From NCBI GenBank assembly GCA_963723535.1, contig CAVRRE010000001.1, positions 20,765 to 84,764 of the forward strand: 64,000 nucleotides of DNA, in the 5' to 3' direction. Source of the stretch: an uncultured Acidobacteriota bacterium. GTDB taxonomy: Bacteria > Acidobacteriota > Thermoanaerobaculia > UBA5066 > Gp7-AA6. Each line of letters starts with the position of its first letter. Position 1 is the first letter of the stretch. The notes under the pieces were generated by a model. It did not search any database. It worked only from the letters and a program-made list of their open reading frames with translations, and was not told the DNA's origin. Below are positions 9,706 to 21,279 of this stretch, piece by piece. The position numbers and the translations under genes are program-made.

Positions 9706-12100
9706 TTGCGCTTTGACGAAGAATCCCGCGCCTTCGAGATCTCCGTACGCGAGCTCGCGGAAGACGAAGGGTTCCGCCGCGTCGGGTTCGACCGCGGCGA
9801 CGGCTGGAGGCGCCTCGGTCTGGGGTCCCAGATCCACGCCCGCGTCCTCGGCGAGAGACAGAACGCCTTCCCCGCCTACCGGTGCGAGGTCCACCTGGAG
9901 GCCCGCATCCCGGTCGAGGACTGGACGGCCGTTCTCACGGGCCGGCTGGATGGCTGCATCGAGCGTGAGCCGGGTCACTGGCTGATCGAGGAGCTCAAGT
10001 CGACGAACCTCTCCGTCGACGGCGTCCGCCCCTCCGGCTACGCCTTCGAGCGGGACCGCCGCCAGCTCCTCGGGTACTGCTACCTCTGGAAGCGCCTCGG
10101 CCACCTCCGGGTCACGGGCGCTCTGGTCTATATCGACATCGAGACGGGCGAGGAGCTCTCCCTCCAGGTGCCCTACGAGGAGGACACCGAGCGCGAGGTC
10201 GAGAGGCGCCTCGCCCGTGCGCTCGGCATCTGGCGCGCCGAAAAGGTCGTCCGGACTCCGAAAGGCCAGGGCGGCCGAACGGCTCCCCTTCCCTCACACG
10301 GCTCCCCGACCGGTCCAGGAAAAGATCATCGAGGCCGTCCGGACCGCGGTGCGCAACGGCGAGAACCTGCTGGCCGAGGCCCCCACCGGCTCCGGCAAGA
10401 CGGCCGCGGCGCTTCACCCGGCCCTGGCCGAGGGGCTTTCCTCGGGGCGCCAGGTCGTCTTCCTGACCTCGAAGACTCTCCAGCAGAAGATGGCCGTCTC
10501 CTCGCTCGTGGCCATGAACGAGCGGGCGTTTCACACCGTGCAGGTCCGCGCCAAGGATCGGATGTGCGCCAACGACCGCATCATCTGCCACGAGGACTTC
10601 TGCCGGTTCGCCAACCGGTACCCGGAGAAGATGGAGCGCTCGAACCTTCTCGGGCGTCTCCGGGACAGCTACTCGCACTTCGACCCGGACACCGTCTTCG
10701 AGGAGGCGCGGCGCGAAGAGGTCTGCCCGTTCGAGGTGCAGCTCGAGCTGGCCGGGCGAGCCGACGCGATCGTCGCCGACTACAACTACGTTTTCGAGCC
10801 CGCCGCCGCCCTCCGCCATCTGACCGGCGAGGACCTCCGCGAGGTGGTCCTCCTGATCGACGAGGCCCACAACCTGCCCGACCGCGCGCGCCAGATCTTT
10901 TCGCCGGAGATCCTCTCCGAAGACCTCGCGGCGCTCCGCAACCGGCTGGCGCTGCAGCCGGGCGAGCTCTTCGCCGACATCCTCGTCGCGGTCGAGGCCC
11001 TCGACGGGATTCTCGAGAGCGTGGCCGAGGAGCTGCCGGAGGGCGAGGCGATCGCCGAGATCGAGCCCCCGAGAGACGCGATCCTCGAGCTCCGGGCGGC
11101 CTGGGAGTCCAGCCTGATGCGCTACCTCGCGTGGAAACGCGAGACCCGCCTCGCGCTCGTCGACGATCCCGTCCTCGATTTCCACTTCACGCTGCAGCGC
11201 TTCGCCGCGGTCCTCTCGATGTACGGGCCGGACTTCACGGCCGTCGTCGAGCGGCGTTCGACCGGCGTCCGCTTGGCGCTGGTCTGCCTCGATCCGGCGC
11301 GCTCCCTGGCGCCGATCTTCCGGCAGGTCTCCTCGACCGTGCTTCTCTCGGCGACCTTGAACCCCCCCGAGGCGATCCGCCGCGTCCTGGGCCTCGAGTC
11401 CGAGCGGACCTCCGCGATCGCTCTGCCGCCGCCCTTCCCGCCCGAGAACCGGAAGGTCATGATCGTCCCGTCGGTCCGGACGACGTATACGGCCCGCGAA
11501 CGCAACTACGGCCGGATCGCGACGCTGCTCGCCGAGATGTCCGACGCCCACGGCGGCAACGACCTCGTCCTCTTTCCCTCGTACCGCTTCCTGACGGCCG
11601 TCGCCCAGCGGATGCCCGAAACGCGCTCGCGCCTGCTCGTGCAGCGTTCCGACCTGACCGCCTTCGAGCGGCAGCAGCTTCTCGAGGCGCTCGAATCGCC
11701 TCCGCCGGGCGGCACGCTCCTCTTCGCGGTCTCCGGCGGAATGTACGCCGAAGGGGTCGACTATCCGGGAGACCTGCTCTCGGCGGTCTTCGTGGTCTCC
11801 CCGGCGCTCCCCCAGGTCTCCTTCGAACGCGAGTTGCTCCGACGGTACTTCGAGGAAAACGAAGAGGCGGGCTTCGACTACGCCTACCTGCAGCCCGGGA
11901 TGACCCGCGTCGTCCAGGCGGCGGGCCGGCTCATCCGAAGCGAGCACGACCGCGGCGTGATCGCGCTTCTCTGCGCGCGTTTTCTCGAGGAGCCCTACGC
12001 CAGCCGGCTGCCCCGCGACTGGTATGAGGAAAGCCCGAGCGAGCTCGTGACGCGGAAGCCGGCCGACGAGATCCGCGAGTTCTTCGCCAGGTACGCATGA
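9706..12100 (+). CDS. PD-(D/E)xK nuclease fused to a DinG/XPD-family Fe-S helicase, frameshift near 10260
   Basis: N-terminal GRLDG...IEELKS nuclease motif; APTGSGKT, Cys cluster (MC...IC...FC...CPFE), IDEAHN, SATL and QAAGRLIRSEHDRG. Confidence 0.88.
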
Positions 12101-12543
12101 CCAACCCCTACACGAAGAAGCGCATGCCCCGGGTGACCGTCGATTCGTGGGTGCGCGACCGCAAGGGGCGCGTCCTGCTCGTCCAGCGCGCGCGGCCTCC
12201 GTTCGAAGGTCGCTGGGGCCTCCCCGGGGGGTTCTGCGAGTGGAAGGAGACGACCGAGGCCTGCTGCGCCCGTGAGACCCGCGAGGAGACGGGCCTGCGG
12301 GTGAAAGTCGGCGAGCTTCTGGGCGTCTACTCGAAGTCCGATCGCGATCCGCGCGGCCACAACGTCACCGTGCTCTATCGTTGCCGCCCGAGCTCGGGCC
12401 GCCTCGTCGGCGGCGACGATGCGGCCGACGCCCGCTGGTTCACGCCAAGGGAGATCGCGAAGCTCCGCTTCGCCTTCGACCACCGCCAGATCGTGATGGA
12501 GCAGCTCGCCTCCGATCGGCGGCGGCGCCGCCGGCGCGGCTGA
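12097..12543 (+). CDS. NUDIX hydrolase
   Basis: Nudix box GGFCEWKETTEACCARETREETG; RDPRGH motif. Confidence 0.9.
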   Translation: MTNPYTKKRMPRVTVDSWVRDRKGRVLLVQRARPPFEGRWGLPGGFCEWKETTEACCARETREETGLRVKVGELLGVYSKSDRDPRGHNVTVLYRCRPSSGRLVGGDDAADARWFTPREIAKLRFAFDHRQIVMEQLASDRRRRRRRG

Positions 12544-12558
12544 CGTTCGCCGCCGCCG

Positions 12559-13650
12559 TCAGTCCCGACGCGCCCGCGTCGCCTCGATCCGGCCCGTCTC
12601 GAGACTTGCCGAAAAGGCGCGCGTCAGGAGTCCCTCGTCCGTCACCGCCCATACGGTGTACCGGTAGAACGTCTCCGCCGCGGCGGAGGTGTCGACGAAG
12701 GCATACCCGAAGGCCTCGGACGAAGACTCGGAGGACGGCACGACCTCGGGGCCGGCGCGCAGGATCCGCCCGTCGGGCGAGACCTCTTCGCGAAAGATGG
12801 CCCACCCGCGGAGCCCCGCATGCGACGCCGTGGACCAGATCAGCCGGGGCCCGCTCGTCGCCGCCTCGGCGCGAGCCTCGAGCCGCCAGAACGGCGCGCC
12901 GGACTCCCGCGTGCATTCGACCGGCGCTTTCAGCTCGCGCGTGCCCATCTCGCTCCCCGCGACGAGGAAGTCGATGCGCGACACCCCGGCGAGCGGAATC
13001 GTGCGCCGGTCGCCGGCCGCGAAGAACACGACGTCGGGCGGCAGACCCGCGTCGTCGTAACGCACGACCGCCGCGCCGTCCCCGCCGTCCGGCGGCCAGG
13101 CGAGCCGGAGCGCTTCGGTCTCGCCCTCGGGCAGAAAGGACCGGTGCCGGACCGACATCGGGGCGGGAGGAGCCGCGTCGAGGGCACCCGCCTCGAGGTC
13201 GAAGAGCCTCAGGCGCGAGGGCGAGGCCTCCGCCCAGAGGGTCGCGTAGAGTCGAGCCGCCGCGCGAAGCAGCGCCCGGCCGTCGTTCCGCGCCGCATCC
13301 GCGACGAGTCGCGACAGCGCCCGCCGGGGCGTCTCGCCCACGCTCGCGGCCTCCTCCGCCGCCCGGCGTTTCAGACCGGATTCACCGGAACCCAGAACGA
13401 CCTCCTGGACCCAGAGCCGGCCGAGCTCGCGCGGATGCGCCCGAAAGTCGAGAAGCGCCGCCGCCGCGAGCGTTTCGAGGGCCGACGTCTCGCCGGCCGC
13501 TTCGAGCCGGCCCAGATAGGCGCCGACGGCCTCTTCCATGAAGGCGCTGTCCGGAGCCGGCGCGGGACTCGCGGCTGCCGCATGCGAACCGGGCACCGCC
13601 GCCAGGAGCATCCCGGCGAGGAGGAGGCCGGACGACCGGTTTCGGAGCAT
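12559..13650 (-). CDS. Secreted hypothetical protein
   Basis: Signal-peptide-like start MLRNRSSGLLLAGMLLAAVPGSHA; long ORF with coding-like composition. Confidence 0.6.
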   Translation of the reverse strand: MLRNRSSGLLLAGMLLAAVPGSHAAAASPAPAPDSAFMEEAVGAYLGRLEAAGETSALETLAAAALLDFRAHPRELGRLWVQEVVLGSGESGLKRRAAEEAASVGETPRRALSRLVADAARNDGRALLRAAARLYATLWAEASPSRLRLFDLEAGALDAAPPAPMSVRHRSFLPEGETEALRLAWPPDGGDGAAVVRYDDAGLPPDVVFFAAGDRRTIPLAGVSRIDFLVAGSEMGTRELKAPVECTRESGAPFWRLEARAEAATSGPRLIWSTASHAGLRGWAIFREEVSPDGRILRAGPEVVPSSESSSEAFGYAFVDTSAAAETFYRYTVWAVTDEGLLTRAFSASLETGRIEATRARRD

Positions 13651-13733
13651 CTTGTGAGGGTAGCCGCCCGCACGCGGGCCCGTCAACTCGTTTACGGAAG
13701 TCGGGCTCCGGACGTCGCCTCTCCGAGGCGCCT

Positions 13734-14585
13734 CTACTTCTTGGCCTTCGCTTCCTTCGCTTCCTTCGTGTCCTTCGTGTCCTTCGTGTCCTTGGCGACC
13801 GCGGCCTTGGCGGTCCCCTCCGGAATGCGGACGAACACGACCGTGATGTTGTCGACGCCGCCCTTCTCGTTGGCGAGGTCGACCAGATCCTGACAGAGGC
13901 TCTCGGCGTCCTTCTTGTCATCGACCGCGACGCAATCGCGGATCTCTTCGTCCGAGAGCATCGTCGTCAGCCCGTCGGAGCAGAAGAGGAAGGCGTCGCC
14001 CGGCAGGAACTCCATTTCCCGCAGGTCCGGCGCCACCGAGGGGCCCCCGCCGAGAGCCCGTGTGACGACGTTCTTCAGAGGGTGGGTCTTGGCCTCCTCC
14101 TCGGTGAGGATCCCGGCCGAGACCTGCTCGTGCACCCAGGAATGATCGTCGGTCAGCCGCTTCAGCTCGCCGTTCCGATACAGGTAGGCCCGGCTGTCGC
14201 CGACGTGGGCGAGCGAGAGGATCTTCTCGTTCAGAAGACCGGCCACCACGGTCGTGCCCATGCCCTTGAGCCACGGCTGCGCGGCGACGGCCGACATGAC
14301 CCGCTCGTTGGCCTTCTCGATGGCGATCGCCAGGCGGTTGCTGTTGAAGAGGAGCTCATGGTTGTACTTGAACGGCCAGGTCGCCTCTTCCTTCTGGCGC
14401 GTGGCCGCGATGAACTCCCCGATCGTCTCGACGGTGATCTTCGCCGCGACCTCGCCGGCGGCGTGGCCGCCCATGCCGTCCGCGACGATGAAGAGGCCCT
14501 CGGCTTCGTCGAGGGCGTAGGCGTCTTCGTTGTGCTTGCGCTTCTTGCCGACGTCGGTGAGGCCGTATGCTTCGATCTCGCTCAT
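13734..14585 (-). CDS. PP2C-family (Stp1/IreP) Ser/Thr phosphatase
   Basis: TDVGKKRKHNED, VADGMGGHAAGEVA, HVGDSRAY, LFCSDGL and GGVDNITV. Confidence 0.95.
   Translation of the reverse strand: MSEIEAYGLTDVGKKRKHNEDAYALDEAEGLFIVADGMGGHAAGEVAAKITVETIGEFIAATRQKEEATWPFKYNHELLFNSNRLAIAIEKANERVMSAVAAQPWLKGMGTTVVAGLLNEKILSLAHVGDSRAYLYRNGELKRLTDDHSWVHEQVSAGILTEEEAKTHPLKNVVTRALGGGPSVAPDLREMEFLPGDAFLFCSDGLTTMLSDEEIRDCVAVDDKKDAESLCQDLVDLANEKGGVDNITVVFVRIPEGTAKAAVAKDTKDTKDTKEAKEAKAKK
13746..13791. repeat. 9-bp tandem repeats encoding DTK x3 and EAK x2 in the phosphatase tail
   Basis: CTTCGCTTC x2 followed by CTTCGTGTC x3. Confidence 0.7.
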
Positions 14586-14594
14586 CGCGGGCGC

Positions 14595-15218
14595 TTACTC
14601 CTTGCCTGCCCGCTGCACTCGAATCTCTTCGAGGGCCTTCCGCGCGTCGGCGGCCGAGGGGTCCCACCGCATGGCTTCCTGGTAGGCCTTCTCGGCCTTC
14701 AGCAGGAGGCCGGCCTGCCGGAAAATCGCGCCGGCGTCCTTGAGAAGGCCGCCGTTGTGGGGCTCGATCGACAGTGCCGCCTCGATCGCCTTCACCGCCG
14801 CGCGCATGTCACCCGCCCGCGCCGACGCGAGCCCGAGGTAGTGCTGGGCCTTGACGTCCTTGGGATTGCGCCCCGCGGCGAGCTGGAAGTTGCCTGCGGC
14901 TTCCGTGTACTTGCGCTCCTTGTAGGCCGCGATGCCCTGGTTCACGTAGTTCGACGCGACCGCGTCTCCGCCGACCTCGGGCGCGCTCCTGGCGGCGGCC
15001 AGATCGAAGTCGTAGGACCGCCGCCGATCGGGACTCGTCAGGACGTTGACGGCTTCGGTCAGGTCCTGGAACTTGGACTCGGCCTCCGCCTTGCGGGCGG
15101 CGGGAGCGCGGTCGGGGTGAGCCTCGCGCGCGAGCGTTCGAAAGCGCTCTCGAATCTCGGCTTCGCTGGCATCCCGTGCCACGCCGAGGAGCACGTAGTA
15201 ATCGACTTCGCGAGACAT
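14595..15218 (-). CDS. DnaJ-domain plus TPR protein
   Basis: DYYVLLGV...HPD J-domain followed by three TPRs. Confidence 0.9.
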   Translation of the reverse strand: MSREVDYYVLLGVARDASEAEIRERFRTLAREAHPDRAPAARKAEAESKFQDLTEAVNVLTSPDRRRSYDFDLAAARSAPEVGGDAVASNYVNQGIAAYKERKYTEAAGNFQLAAGRNPKDVKAQHYLGLASARAGDMRAAVKAIEAALSIEPHNGGLLKDAGAIFRQAGLLLKAEKAYQEAMRWDPSAADARKALEEIRVQRAGKE

Positions 15219-15315
15219 CAGTGTGGGAACCTCGAGTGAGCCGCGGAGCTTTTCAACGAAGGGTAACATACGAGAAAGCCCGTTCCCCGGCAAGCGCCCC
15301 GGGCCGCAAGCCGCT

Positions 15316-16407
15316 CTAGCCGCGCTTTTCGGTCAGCAGATTCTTCGCCATCAGGCGCACGCCCTCGGGGAGGTTCCGATCCCTCCCGATGTTGCGCAGG
15401 TCGCGCAGGCCGAGGTATTTCACGAGCGGCAGCGTGATGGACAGAGGCACCGCGGGGTTGGTGACCAGGGCCAGCTGGATCCGGGGTTTCTTGATCCACT
15501 CGCGGGTGGACGCGATCTCCAGGAAGATCTCCGTCCCCAGGTGGCGCATGGCGCAGAACCCTTCGATCTCCGCCTGGGTGACCGATTCGCACGAGAGCAC
15601 CGCCATGCTCACGATCTTGTTCGCGTCGGCGATGAGGATGCGGCGCTCTTCCTTGTTCCCCTTCTGGGCCAGCTCCACTTTCTCCTTGGCGGTCATCGTC
15701 GAGATGCGCCTGTACATCGCCGAGAGGTTCGCTTCGATCGCCGCGCTGTCCGCTTCCTCGTCCAGCGCGGCGCCCCCCTCCGAATCGGCGCCCTCGGCGG
15801 CCTCCTCGAAGACGACGCCCTCGGCCTCCTGGCGAGCCTGGCGTTCCTCTTCCTCCCGGCGGAGGCGCTCCTGCTCCTTCCGGCGCTTGTCCTTCTCGAA
15901 GAATTCCTCGCGCAGCTCCTCCAGCCGCCGGTGCCCGTCGGCCGTGAGATTGGGGTTGCCGTACAGGGCCTCGATGAGCGCCGGCTGGCGAAGCAGCCTC
16001 ACCTGGTTGACGATGAGCGCTTCCTGCGGCGCGCCGGTCACCTCCCCGGCCAGGCGCAGCAGCGTGTCGTCGGAGACTCCCGCGTGACGGATGATCCGCT
16101 CCAGCACGAAGTGGTCGTCGCTCGCGCGGCTGACCACGTCGAACTCGCGCTCGGTAGGCGAGCCCTCGTCCAGGAAGCGAACGACGTCGTCGGGGGGCAC
16201 CCGCGCGAACGTTTCCCGCGCGGGGCCCACGATCTCGGGATCCTCGTCCGTCATGACTGCGAGCAGCGCCCGCATGCGGTCGTCCCGCTCGAGCGGCAGC
16301 AGGCCGCGCGCCGCGAAGAGGCGCAGCTCCCGGGGCGAGTCCGGAGACCGGACGATCGCGACGAGATCCCGGGGCTCGGCTGTCGTCGGTGGGTCGCGCT
16401 CGACCAA
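15316..16407 (-). CDS. Conserved hypothetical helical-repeat (LRV-like) protein
   Basis: Repeats such as AVLSCESVTQAE and LALVTNPAVPLSITL; acidic linker. Confidence 0.75.
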   Translation of the reverse strand: MVERDPPTTAEPRDLVAIVRSPDSPRELRLFAARGLLPLERDDRMRALLAVMTDEDPEIVGPARETFARVPPDDVVRFLDEGSPTEREFDVVSRASDDHFVLERIIRHAGVSDDTLLRLAGEVTGAPQEALIVNQVRLLRQPALIEALYGNPNLTADGHRRLEELREEFFEKDKRRKEQERLRREEEERQARQEAEGVVFEEAAEGADSEGGAALDEEADSAAIEANLSAMYRRISTMTAKEKVELAQKGNKEERRILIADANKIVSMAVLSCESVTQAEIEGFCAMRHLGTEIFLEIASTREWIKKPRIQLALVTNPAVPLSITLPLVKYLGLRDLRNIGRDRNLPEGVRLMAKNLLTEKRG

Positions 16408-16425
16408 GGGAGGTAGGGCCGCGCG

Positions 16426-17211
16426 CTAGCTCTGGGTCAGGCGCGGGCCCGGCACCGGCCGGTCGCGCACGACCTGGCCCGCGCTCCCGAGGGGCTCCAT
16501 CGCGCGGCCATCGACGGTGACGCGGACGCCGCCCGCGTTGCCGAGCGTGATCCGGAACCCTTCGCGCGCTTCGAACTGGTGCTTCGAACCGCGCCGGATC
16601 AGACCCGAAAAGATGCGGGCGCCGTCCGCGGAGACTTCGGTCCACGAATCCTGCTCGAACTCGAGCACCATCGAAACCCCGGTCGCCGCCGGAGACACCA
16701 CGGGGGCCGGAGCGGGAGCTTCGTCCTGGATCGCGGGAGCCGGGCCCGGCGAGACCGCCACGTTCTTGAAGCTGACGGAAGCCACGGGGCGCGCCGCTAT
16801 CGTCGCATTGGGCGTCGAGCGGCGCTCGGGCTTCGCGATCAGCCCGAGCAGAAGCAGCACCCCGGTCACGGACACGACGATCGCGCCCGCGGTCCCGCGC
16901 CGGCCGCGAAACAGGGCCTTCAGCCCCCGGCGTTTCGAGGCGCCCCCGTCGCGGCCGCGATCGGGCGCGACGTCCGCCAGATAGGCATTGATCATCTCGT
17001 CGGGGTCCAGGCCCAGGTGGCGCGAGTAAGCGCGAATGAAGCCGCGCGTGAAGACCGGAGCGGGAAGCTTCTTGACGTCGCTCGACTCGAGGGCGGTCAG
17101 GAGGCGAATGGAGATCTTTGTCGACGCCGAGATCTCATCGAGCGAGACTTCGCGGATGAGCCTCTCCCGGCGGAGTTCTTCCCCGAAAGTGAGGTCCGAT
17201 TTCTCTCCCAT
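16426..17211 (-). CDS. rodZ: RodZ-like HTH/TM/DUF4115 protein
   Basis: GEELRRER...SLDEISASTKISIRLLTALE...FTRGFIRAYSRHLGLD, one TM helix, C-terminal GNAGGV. Confidence 0.85.
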   Translation of the reverse strand: MGEKSDLTFGEELRRERLIREVSLDEISASTKISIRLLTALESSDVKKLPAPVFTRGFIRAYSRHLGLDPDEMINAYLADVAPDRGRDGGASKRRGLKALFRGRRGTAGAIVVSVTGVLLLLGLIAKPERRSTPNATIAARPVASVSFKNVAVSPGPAPAIQDEAPAPAPVVSPAATGVSMVLEFEQDSWTEVSADGARIFSGLIRRGSKHQFEAREGFRITLGNAGGVRVTVDGRAMEPLGSAGQVVRDRPVPGPRLTQS

Positions 17212-17239
17212 GCACTTCTCCCCGGTCGGACTTCTCATG

Positions 17240-17896
17240 CTAGCCCTCGGGTGACCTCTCCGCAAGCACTCTCTCCGCACAGGCCTTGAGCAGTGCCGGG
17301 GTGCGCGGGGACTCTCGGACGCCGCGGAGGTCGTCGAGGCTGGCCCGGGTCAGAAGCGACAACCCGAGAGACACCGGCAGGTTCGGGTTCCGCAGGATCG
17401 CGCTCCGGACGCCCGGGCGCGCGCCCCATCGAGGGTGCTCGGCCAGAAGCGCGAGCGATTCGGGGCCGGCGCCGCGGGAGATTGCGGCCTGGATCACATC
17501 CGCCTCGATGGTGAAGCGGTTTTCGAGGACGGAAGCGAGGACGCGCGGGTCGGGGTCGAGCCGCAGGACGAGGAGAGTGCCCCTCCCGACGTTGCGGGCC
17601 AGGTCCACTTTTTCGGAAATCGCCATCTCGGAAAGGCGCCGCAGGAGGTCCTGGTCCGCCGCCCGCCGTATGGCCGGATGCACGCGAGCGTCCGCCGACA
17701 GGTGCGCCAGGTCACGCCAGAAGAGCGTCGCGACCAGCGCGAGCGCGTCCGTCCGCGGCGTCTTGGGATGAGCGGCCAGCGCCATCCGCACGGCATGGTG
17801 CTTCCGCACGGCCCGATCGCCGAGGATCTCCGCCAGCGTTTCGGAGGAGAGATTGGCCCTTCGAAGGAGCTTCAGGCACTCGCCCTCGGTTCTCAT
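17240..17896 (-). CDS. Conserved hypothetical helical-repeat protein, similar in style to 15316..16407
   Basis: ALAAHPKTP and [14 protein letters not shown] repeats. Confidence 0.7.
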   Translation of the reverse strand: MRTEGECLKLLRRANLSSETLAEILGDRAVRKHHAVRMALAAHPKTPRTDALALVATLFWRDLAHLSADARVHPAIRRAADQDLLRRLSEMAISEKVDLARNVGRGTLLVLRLDPDPRVLASVLENRFTIEADVIQAAISRGAGPESLALLAEHPRWGARPGVRSAILRNPNLPVSLGLSLLTRASLDDLRGVRESPRTPALLKACAERVLAERSPEG

Positions 17897-18702
17897 GCGG
17901 TCGCCCGGGTTCTGCGGCAGGCCTCGACCAGGCTCCGGGCCAGCGCCTCGACCGCCCCGATGCGCTCCGCCCCGGCGTCTTCCGCGGCCGCGACGAGCGC
18001 GGAGCCCACGACGACGCCGTCCCCGAGCCGGGCAGCCCGCCGCGCGCTGTCCGGTGTCGAGATCCCGAACCCGATCGCGATGGGCAACTTGCCCGCGGCT
18101 TTACGAGCCCGCTCGACGGTCTGCCGCAGGTCCGCCGGAAGTGCGGCGCGGGCGCCCGTCGTTCCGCGCCGCGACACGACGTAAAGGAACCCGCTCGAGA
18201 GCCGGGCGGCTTCGCGCATCCGCTCGCGAGGAGAAGTCGGTGACGCGAGAAAGACGGTATCGAGTCCCGCGCGACGGAAGGGCCCGATGACCGGCGAGGC
18301 CTCTTCCGGAGGCAGATCCGTCAGGAGGGCGCCGTCGAAGCCGGCCGCGGCCGCCCGCCGTGCGGCCCTCGAAACCCCCATGCGGTGCACGGGATTCAGG
18401 TAGGTGAAGAGGACGAGTGCGAGACGGGTCTCCCGCCGGATGCGCTCCGCGATCGCGAAAACCGTCTCGAGCGTGGTCCCGCCGGCGAGCGCCCGGGAGG
18501 CGGCCCTCTGAAGCACCGGGCCATCGGCGATCGGGTCCGAGAACGGAACGCCGAGCTCCAGCACGTCCGCGCCGGCGCGCTCGAGCGCTTTCGCGAGATC
18601 GACCGTCGCGCGCGGCGTGGGGTCGCCCGCGGTGAGGTACGCGATGAAGGCCGCGCGGCCCTCGCCCCGGGCGCGCTCGAAGGCGCCGAGGAGGCGACTC
18701 AT
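17893..18702 (-). CDS. trpA: Tryptophan synthase alpha
   Basis: [29 protein letters not shown] and VVVGSALV. Confidence 0.95.
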   Translation of the reverse strand: MSRLLGAFERARGEGRAAFIAYLTAGDPTPRATVDLAKALERAGADVLELGVPFSDPIADGPVLQRAASRALAGGTTLETVFAIAERIRRETRLALVLFTYLNPVHRMGVSRAARRAAAAGFDGALLTDLPPEEASPVIGPFRRAGLDTVFLASPTSPRERMREAARLSSGFLYVVSRRGTTGARAALPADLRQTVERARKAAGKLPIAIGFGISTPDSARRAARLGDGVVVGSALVAAAEDAGAERIGAVEALARSLVEACRRTRATA

Positions 18703-19902
18703 GGCTTCGCTCTGGCGCTCGCCTTCGGCTCGCCGAGGGCGCGGACGACCTCGTCGAGGTCCTTGTCGCCGCGGCCGGAGAGGTTGACCAGAATCCACCG
18801 CGAGCGACGCCACCTGCTCGCGAGCCCTGCGGCAAAAGCGACCGCGTGGGCCGACTCGAGCGCCGGCAGGATGCCCTCGGTCTCGCAAAGAAGCCCGAAG
18901 CGCATCCAGGGCCTCCTGGTCCGACACTCTGGTGTAAGCGACCCGCCGCGCGTCGTGGAGCGCGGCGTGCTCGGGGCCCACGGCCGGGTAGTCGAGACCG
19001 GCCGAGATCGAGTGCGTCGAGAGCGTCTGCCCCGCCGCATCCTGCAGGAGCATCGTCCGCGTGCCGTGAAGGACGCCGACCGACCCTCCCGAAAACCGCG
19101 CCGCGTGATCGCCCGGACGGTCGCTCCTCCCCCCGGCCTCGACACCGTAGAGGGCGGAGCGCGAGCGCAGGAAAGCCGAAAAGATGCCGATCGCGTTCGA
19201 ACCGCCGCCCACGCAGGCGACGACGGCGTGCGGATCGCGGCCGGCGAGCCGGCGGAACTGGCGCCGCGCTTCCCGTCCGATCACGGCCTGAAACTCGCGC
19301 ACCATCGTCGGGTAGGGATGCGGGCCCAGCGCCGACCCGAGGACGTAGTGGGTCGACCCGACGTTTTCAGTCCAGTCCCGCATCGCCTCGTTGATCGCGT
19401 CCTTGAGGGTCTTCGAGCCCGCGTCGACGCCCACGACCTCGGCCCCCAGCAGGCGCATGCGCGAGACGTTCGGCGCCTGACGCGCCATGTCGGTCACGCC
19501 CATGTAGACGCGGCACGTGACGCCGAGCTTCGCGGCCGCGGCGGCCGTCGCCACGCCGTGCTGGCCGGCGCCGGTCTCGGCCACGACCCGCTCCTTGCCC
19601 ATGCGCCGGGCGAGGAGGACCTGGCCGAGGGCGTTGTTGAGCTTGTGCGCGCCGGTGTGGAGGAGGTCTTCCCGCTTCAGCGCGATCCGCGCTCCCCCGA
19701 GGCGCTCGGCGAGGCGATCCGCGACGGTCAGCGGCGTGGGCCGCCCCGCATAGGTGCGGAGCAGCTCGTCGAGCTCCGCTCGGAACCGGCGGTCGCGCCG
19801 GAACCGCGTGAACGCCCGATCGAGCTCGTCGAGCGGCGCCATGAGCGTCTCGGGAGCGAAGCGCCCGCCGTACTCGCCGAAGTACCCCTTGCGCCTAGGC
19901 AC
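18699..19902 (-). CDS. trpB: Tryptophan synthase beta, frameshift near 18900
   Basis: [52 protein letters not shown] and [10 protein letters not shown]. Confidence 0.95.
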
Positions 19903-20509
19903 GGTCGGCCCGCCGGACGGCCTCGAAGAACCGCTCGAGCTTGCGCCGGTCCTTGACTCCCGGCGCGCTTTCGACGCCGGAGGCGACGTCGACGCCTTCG
20001 GGGCGGAGCCGTCGAATGACCTCGCCGACGTTTTCGGGATCGAGGCCCCCGGCCACGAAGGCAGGCACCGGGAGCGGTCCGATCCGCTCGAGGGCCGCCC
20101 AGTCCGGCGCCTGGCCCCGGCCGGCGCTCGAGTCCCAGAGCACCGCCCGGCAACGCGCGAGGATCGGGGCCGGCGGCAGGCCCGCCCGGCCGGACTCGAC
20201 GGGCACAGCGGGCACGAGGTCGGCCTCGAGCCCCTCGAGGTCCTCGGCGCCGACAGGACGGTGAAGCTGGACGATTTGGAGCGCGGCCTCGCGGACGGCG
20301 CGGGCCACGTCCTCGCGCGATTCGGTCGCGAAGACACCGGCTCGCAGGACGCCCGCCGGCGCCCGGCTCGAGATCTCGCGCGCCCGCTCGAGCGTCAGCC
20401 GGCGCGGCGACGAGGCCACGAAGTTGAAGCCCAGGATCGACGCTCCGAGCTCGCAGGCGGCGGAGACGTCCTCGCTCCGCGTCAGGCCGCAGATCTTGAC
20501 GAAGGTCAT
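19895..20509 (-). CDS. trpF: Phosphoribosylanthranilate isomerase
   Basis: [20 protein letters not shown] and [16 protein letters not shown]. Confidence 0.95.
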   Translation of the reverse strand: MTFVKICGLTRSEDVSAACELGASILGFNFVASSPRRLTLERAREISSRAPAGVLRAGVFATESREDVARAVREAALQIVQLHRPVGAEDLEGLEADLVPAVPVESGRAGLPPAPILARCRAVLWDSSAGRGQAPDWAALERIGPLPVPAFVAGGLDPENVGEVIRRLRPEGVDVASGVESAPGVKDRRKLERFFEAVRRADRA

Positions 20510-21279
20510 CCCCGGAGCGCCCTCAGGAACTCCTCCGGATCCTCGGACCGCAGGAGGTGCTCGCCGACCAGGAAGGCCCGGTAGCCGGAGGCCGCGAGAC
20601 GCTCCAGGTCGGCGCGCCCGCGGATCCCGCTCTCGGCCAGCGGGACCGGTCCCTTCGGGAGCCTCCGGGCGAGCGACTCCAGGCGCCCGATGTCGGTCTC
20701 GAAGGTCTCGAGGTTGCGCGCGTTGACCCCGATGACGTCCGGTGCCACGGCCGCCGCCCGGTCGATCTCGGCTTCGTCGTGCGTCTCGACGACGACCGCG
20801 AGGCCGCGCTCCCTCGCGCCGCGGGCGAGCGAGGCCAGCTCGCCATCCGAGAGCGCGAGAACGATGAGAAGCACGGCGTCGGCGCCGAGCGAGACCGCGA
20901 AGTCGAGCTGCCGCTCGCTCACCACGAAGTCCTTCATCAGGACCGGAAGGCCCGAGATCTCTTTCGCCCGCGGCAGCCAGCCCGGCCTGCCTCCGAAATG
21001 GTCCTCTTCGACGACGACGGAGATCGCCGCGGCGTGTCCGCGCCGATAGAGCAGCCCGAACGTCTCGACCTTTCCGTCCGCGCCCGGAAGGATCTCTCCG
21101 GCCGACGGCGACTTCGCCTTGATCTCGGCCACGATCCGGTACCCGGGCTCGGACAGCGACGCCACGAAACGGGCGCCGTCGGTCGGCCGGCGCGGCGCCT
21201 CCACGCCGACTCCCGAATACTCGCCGCGCGTGAGTCTCGCCCGCTTGTCGGCCAGGATGCGCTGGAGAACGTCGCTCAT
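20506..21279 (-). CDS. trpC: Indole-3-glycerol phosphate synthase
   Basis: [35 protein letters not shown] and AESGI. Confidence 0.95.
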   Translation of the reverse strand: MSDVLQRILADKRARLTRGEYSGVGVEAPRRPTDGARFVASLSEPGYRIVAEIKAKSPSAGEILPGADGKVETFGLLYRRGHAAAISVVVEEDHFGGRPGWLPRAKEISGLPVLMKDFVVSERQLDFAVSLGADAVLLIVLALSDGELASLARGARERGLAVVVETHDEAEIDRAAAVAPDVIGVNARNLETFETDIGRLESLARRLPKGPVPLAESGIRGRADLERLAASGYRAFLVGEHLLRSEDPEEFLRALRG

